A DNA stretch of 53,321 nucleotides, the filler included, from Diploschistes diacapsis (Eukaryota), in assembly GCA_023645945.1 (NCBI GenBank). It is 4 parts of 4 records of this genome, joined end to end, with 100 filler letters (N's around TTAATTAATTAA, not from the genome) between each part and the next. Parts side by side here need not be neighbours in the genome. Positions count along the whole stretch, not along the records: positions 40,078 to 53,321 come from JALAIB010000676.1; 3 more parts are not named here. One strand, written 5' to 3'. The position numbers and the translations under genes were made by a program. The notes under the pieces were generated by a model, which made no database searches, was not told the origin of the DNA, and saw only the letters and a program-made list of their open reading frames with translations. This document shows positions 48,408 to 53,321 of the stretch, piece by piece (position 1 is the stretch's first letter; each line of letters starts with the position of its first letter).

Positions 48408-50151
48408 CTATTGCTGGATAAAGAACCCTATAGCGCTCAAGTAACTGCATCGCTCTCTCTGATCCCACGGGACTGTCTCCATTCTGCTCGCATTGGTTTG
48501 AAGCAGAATCCTGTTTTGGTCTTGGTTATTCCAATGCACCCATCGCGGGCTCCCTGGAGCACGGTACGTATTCGGATTGAAACTTCGGATGAAGCTTGTC
48601 CAATAGCCCTGCATAACCGGAACAATCGCTGCGTTTGTTGTGTTGTAGCTGGCAGGTGGCATCCCAGTAACGTACTGTGGGCCCCAGATAGCATTGACCT
48701 CGACCGTATGAGTAACTCCGTATCCTTCCATGTCCAAAGTTGGGTCATGAACGTCGTAGTGATAGTTCCAATTAAGTTCTGTTGAATACTGATAGTACGA
48801 GGAGCTGATGAAGATTCCAGGGCAGTTGTACCGCATCTCTCCGTATGCGGACGAAACAGTTGGCCAAAAAGAGTTCGCGTTTGGATAGACCTGGCCTTCT
48901 GGGTATATCATATCTATCCTAGCAAGCTGGGCCCGTGTGAGGTCCGGAAACTGGGCCAGCAAGAAAGTGTTCATATCAGCATAGGAGGAGGTATTCTTGT
49001 TCGTGAAGATCGTTCCTTCGTTCGTAGCGTCCCTGTAGAAGGTCAACGATTACCGGATGAGTCTGTAGGCATATTAATCATGAGTATTTACCCAAAGATG
49101 ACGGGTACTTTAATGAATCGCCCTTGTGCGAAAAGATTATACGTAAAGTCAGGAGTAAAGTCTCCATCAACCACGTTCGAATACATGTACAACGGTGCAC
49201 CCACTCCCCCCGGGTAAGCAATATTGATATTTGTGCCTTGGAGGACCTCGATGGGAAGATTCCTCAAGCACAACAAGCTGTCCGTGGTAGTGTTGCAGCC
49301 AGTCCGCTGGACAAGGGCGTCGTACTGATACTGGCTTTGCGAAACCGTGAGTTGCGGACCGAAAGATTGTGACTCTGCAGCGGCGGCATGAAACAGCCCA
49401 TCGTCGCGACCACCATAAGCCGAAAGGTGAAGATCGACCGAGGCGCCTCCAGCTGAATCACCGCCGATGGTGACATGATCTGGGTCCCCACCGAACTAGG
49501 GAAGGTCAGACGACATACCGTACTTTCCGAGGTTTATACCTTGTAAATATAGCTCTGTACCCACTCAAATACCTTGCGTTGGTCCAATAACCCGGCATTG
49601 AGATTACCATTGTCTGCCACTTGCTGACTTGCCAAGAACCCGTACGGTCCCACACGATAGTTGAATGTCACAATCACTATATTCATTTGGGAGGCTAGAA
49701 TCAATCCAGTGCCGTTGAAGTTTGGGTTCGCATTCAAGTTGAAGCCTCCACCTTGAATGAAGACGAAGACTGGAAGCCGTGTGCCCGCTGTCGCATTGCT
49801 AGGGGCGTATACGTCCAAGAAGAGACAGTCCTCGGAAGTGGTGTTTGTCAGGTTTATCTGGCTCGTCGCAAGACAGATAGGCCCATGCTGCATACTTTAG
49901 AAGGTCCATGGATGCACCGTGAAGGTCAATACCTGGTTTGCAACCTGAACAGTGTTGTTGACGAGGGGATCCCCTGGAGCCCGAAAACGGAGGTCACCCA
50001 GCGGAGGTGCCGCAAATCGAATTCCTAGCCATTGGGTAATACCGGCCGATATTGCGGTTCCTAGATATTGCGTGTAGCCGACATCGACTAAAGGATCAAC
50101 AGCAACGGCGCAAGAAACGATGGAAAGCAAGACAGCGATTTTTAAAAGCAT
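48408..50151 (-). CDS. Secreted type-B carboxylesterase/lipase; exons 50151-49933, 49887-49540, 49495-49092, 49032-48408
   Basis: Signal peptide, then motifs WLGIRFAAPP, SEDCLFL, QGGGF, NYRVG, GDSAG, TNEG and VTHTVE. Three GT-AG introns keep the frame. Confidence 0.95.
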
Positions 50152-52385
50152 GACGAAAAGCGATGCACGAGTCAACTGGACAAAAGAGAGAGGAGTGCCC
50201 TTCAATATCGGAAGAGCTCCATTATATCAAGGACCTACCGAGTGCATCTCTCGTGCTATCTGAGTTCGGACGATGCAGGGTCGACCTCGTCATGAGATCA
50301 ACGACGGCAAGATGGGTATAAGATGATGGTTGACGCTTCTGGTTCCTGGCGCATGATGCTGTTGTGTTGTGGGGTGGTGATAAAAGACCCAGAGTTTCTG
50401 CGGGGTAGAAAGAGCTGCATCTGAGCAGTACTTTTGCGCCTTGATGCCCACAACTTGGCTATATCCATAGTGAGGGTTAGAAATTTCACTCTAGCAGAGC
50501 GAAGCTGAAGGACTGTTGTTGCACCATGCTCGCTTCCCCGAATACGTTAAAGATCTAGTATCGTGGTAGGAGAACCCATATTCGTCGGAGTCACATTTCT
50601 TTGGATCGAACTTCCAGAGGTCGTACAGGCGGCTTACACGCTGATTATGAAGCACTTAATGCTCGTTAAGTGCATATTCTAGCTGTGAAACGCCGACCAT
50701 GGCTCGCTGGGTTCATACCAAGGCACATTGTTACTCAAGAAGCGCCTCCCTGTTAACTGATAACACCCATAAAAGAATCAGGGTCTTATCTTCTCCTTAG
50801 GCAATGGCACGATCAAGATCAAAGCTGGTCATGTCGCGTATAAATATAGAATGAGCAGATGTTGAAGATTCAGAACATGGTGATAGCGCATAAAGCAAGA
50901 GAAGCAAGCAGCATCTTGTCCTCCATTACGGAGAGGACGGGCCTAAGCAAGCGCGGGGTCTAGTATCCAACGTACCATACTAAAAAGACATCGAGAACCG
51001 GAAACCTGAAGCCGGGAGGTCGTTATAGGGATATAGGGTGACATAGCAGTGAAGGAAAGCCGAAGAGTGGATGTGATCCCATAGATGTATCCTATATTCT
51101 TATTGTTTTCATGGGAAGTCCTCGACTTTGTTGCTCCTACAGACTTCTCTTGCTCAATGTTTAAGCTCTTCAAGGACCCTTTTCCTTCAGAGAAATCACA
51201 AGGCCTTAAATGCGGACAGTTGTGCTGTCCTCCTCCCATGCTTTCATTGTAATCTGTGTGTCATGAGACGCAGTAGCCATTAGCAAGCGCAAAAACGATA
51301 TCTGTAGAGCATCTAATCAGGATATGCGGAGACCCCTGAGTTTGCACGACTGCTCTGCAGAAACAAAAGCCTCTAGAACGCCATGGAACCGGCGTATCAT
51401 CCTCTGATCCAGACAGGTTGGAGGACAGTCTTGCTCATCAAACCCTTCTGAAAGAAAATCGCAGCTACCCAATGCTGGCAATCCGGGGCCTTCAAGCTTA
51501 TGGGCTGGTATCTGCAAAGCTCTCCATGATTGTTGCACCGCCTTGTCCCTTTCGAGCTACTCAACCTAACGAATGTCTCATCAGAGATTTATGAAGGCGT
51601 ATGGATCATCAAGTGACTGTGAGCACCGGCTCACCATGAATATCATCCCTTCTCCCATTGGATTATCAGCTCCTACAAGTAGATTATCATGCTTAAGTAG
51701 TTCGAGAACATTGGACAGATCTCATGTGTATCGCTCATTTAGCTGTGAAAGATTAAGGCACGCGGCGTGCCAGTTGACTCAGGATGTGTACGTTTGCGAA
51801 CAGATACCGGTGGAAGCAACATGACAGTCACTTGAGAGACTATCATACTTGTTGGAGGTCTCCGGAAGGATATTATACGGCATAGAATGCAGAGAAGCTG
51901 GATGTGGTTTGAAGTCTTGCGAGAGAGCGGATTTGAAGCCTTTATTCAGTATAGATATGGGGGATGGCACATGGCACATATGGGGGTGTTCATGGATGTG
52001 CCTGGAACTCAGTAAGCCATAAGAAGAGATTTCCGGACGTCTGCCTATCCCATCCGTCGCTTCTTGCGCAGTACCTAGCTAGGCCTTACTTAGCAGGCCA
52101 CAATAACAAGTCTAATGTGTGACTGACGCATGGTAATTTTGATTATGCTGTGATGAAATGCGCGAGAAAAATGTGATTCGAATTGTAATAGAAGTCCTCT
52201 AACTAATAAGATGTTCAACTATTGTTAATAGGACTAGTGATATGTCCTGAAGCTTCTAGAACCTTCAGGGTCCCACCAGTGGCTAATTAGTCCGACAGAC
52301 TAACCTATTTAGGTTAATAATCTGACAAAAATCGACATAAAGTCTATAATATAATAGATTAAATTAAAATTAAATAAAATCTATA

Positions 52386-53270
52386 ACGTATATATATAGC
52401 GAGCGGACACTTATAGCGAACGGACATCCTTCTCGATTCGTACGAGTTACAATTATATTTCCGTAATCAATTTTTACGATAATTTATTATAACGTGTTTG
52501 ACGGTGAGTCCGGCCACCCTTAGAGTCAGGCCACCTCAAATCACTGTTTTTATCTTACATTCGAATTTTTTTAATAATGACTATCTCGCATCGTAATAAT
52601 TCGATTTTAATAAAATTTAATATTAACGACTGTTTATAGGCCCTAAAATTATAATAATATACTAACATTCGAGAGACTGCCCGCGTATTTAAAATATCTC
52701 GATCGACCATTATGGATCGACTTAATAGAACTTAATTATGCTTTAATAACCACGAAACGATTTAAATCCTTTTAAATTTAAAAGAAAAGATATTAGTACG
52801 ATAGATTACACGTTTTATATAAACTGGTTTTCCTGCATCGCCTGCGTTAATAATAGATATAACCGAAAAAATTTAACGCGAACGTATTTAATTCGGTTCG
52901 AATTTAAAAGTCATAATCGCGAATTTTTAATTTATTAATAAACATTAAGTATCGCGATTTCGCAAACGATTTTTTAAAATTACTAATATTTAGACAAAAT
53001 AAATCGAGTTTAATAAATTTAATACGATAAATTACGAGGTTATATAACGGTGATTCGATGTAATGATAATTTAATATAATAAAAGGTAATACGCGTCCGA
53101 ATATATTTATAATATGAACGAGTTAGATTTTAATATTAATAATAGTTCTTTTTTTAAAGCCTTCGTTTCGAGTCGAACAGACTCGAATTAAAAAGTTATT
53201 AAATAAAAATAAAAATAGATAACTACGATCGAATATATTTTAATTATTAACGAGATATTACCGCCTTTTG
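52386..53270 (+). mobile_element. Nested pogo/Fot1-like elements, heavily RIP-mutated and truncated
   Basis: TA|ACGT termini at 52386 and 52492, each with internal direct repeats. The degenerate transposase from 52577 reads NIRETARVFKISRSTIMDRL...TGFPASP...IYNMNE, with many TAA/TAG. Confidence 0.85.
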
Positions 53271-53321
53271 GGCAACGCATGTATTGAAGTCTAGATATCT
53301 AGAGATCTAACTAGAAGGAAG

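Overview
Fungal (Pezizomycotina-type) genomic DNA with short GT-AG introns and CTRAY branch points. The window is not one locus. It is four contigs of nearly equal size (1-13263, 13364-26623, 26724-39977, 40078-53321) joined by artificial N44-TTAATTAATTAA-N44 spacers, so no synteny can be inferred across the joins. Contig 1 holds a cis-CaaD-like tautomerase, a VOC/BphC-like gene, a PIR-repeat GPI cell wall protein and a broken Zn2Cys6-containing ORF set. Contig 2 is an AT-rich, RIP-mutated mosaic: unknown ORFs with an 18-bp coding minisatellite, a full-length pogo/Fot1 transposon, a deaminase/zinc-finger chimera, a nuclease-like pseudogene, a Rab4-like fragment and a probable internally deleted MULE. 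Contig 3 holds RPS30 (6 exons, with a highly structured intron 2), a CREG-like gene, an APC permease and a divergent GS-like ligase/SDR pair resembling the actinobacterial GlnA4 gamma-glutamylation cluster. Contig 4 holds nested TE relics, a methyltransferase, a PTH11-like receptor, two convergent type-B carboxylesterases and RIPped pogo elements. The best candidates for new biology are the fungal gamma-glutamylation amine-catabolism cluster, the RPS30 intronic RNA structure and the RIPped cargo mosaic. All family calls come from motif recognition by eye; no searches were run.
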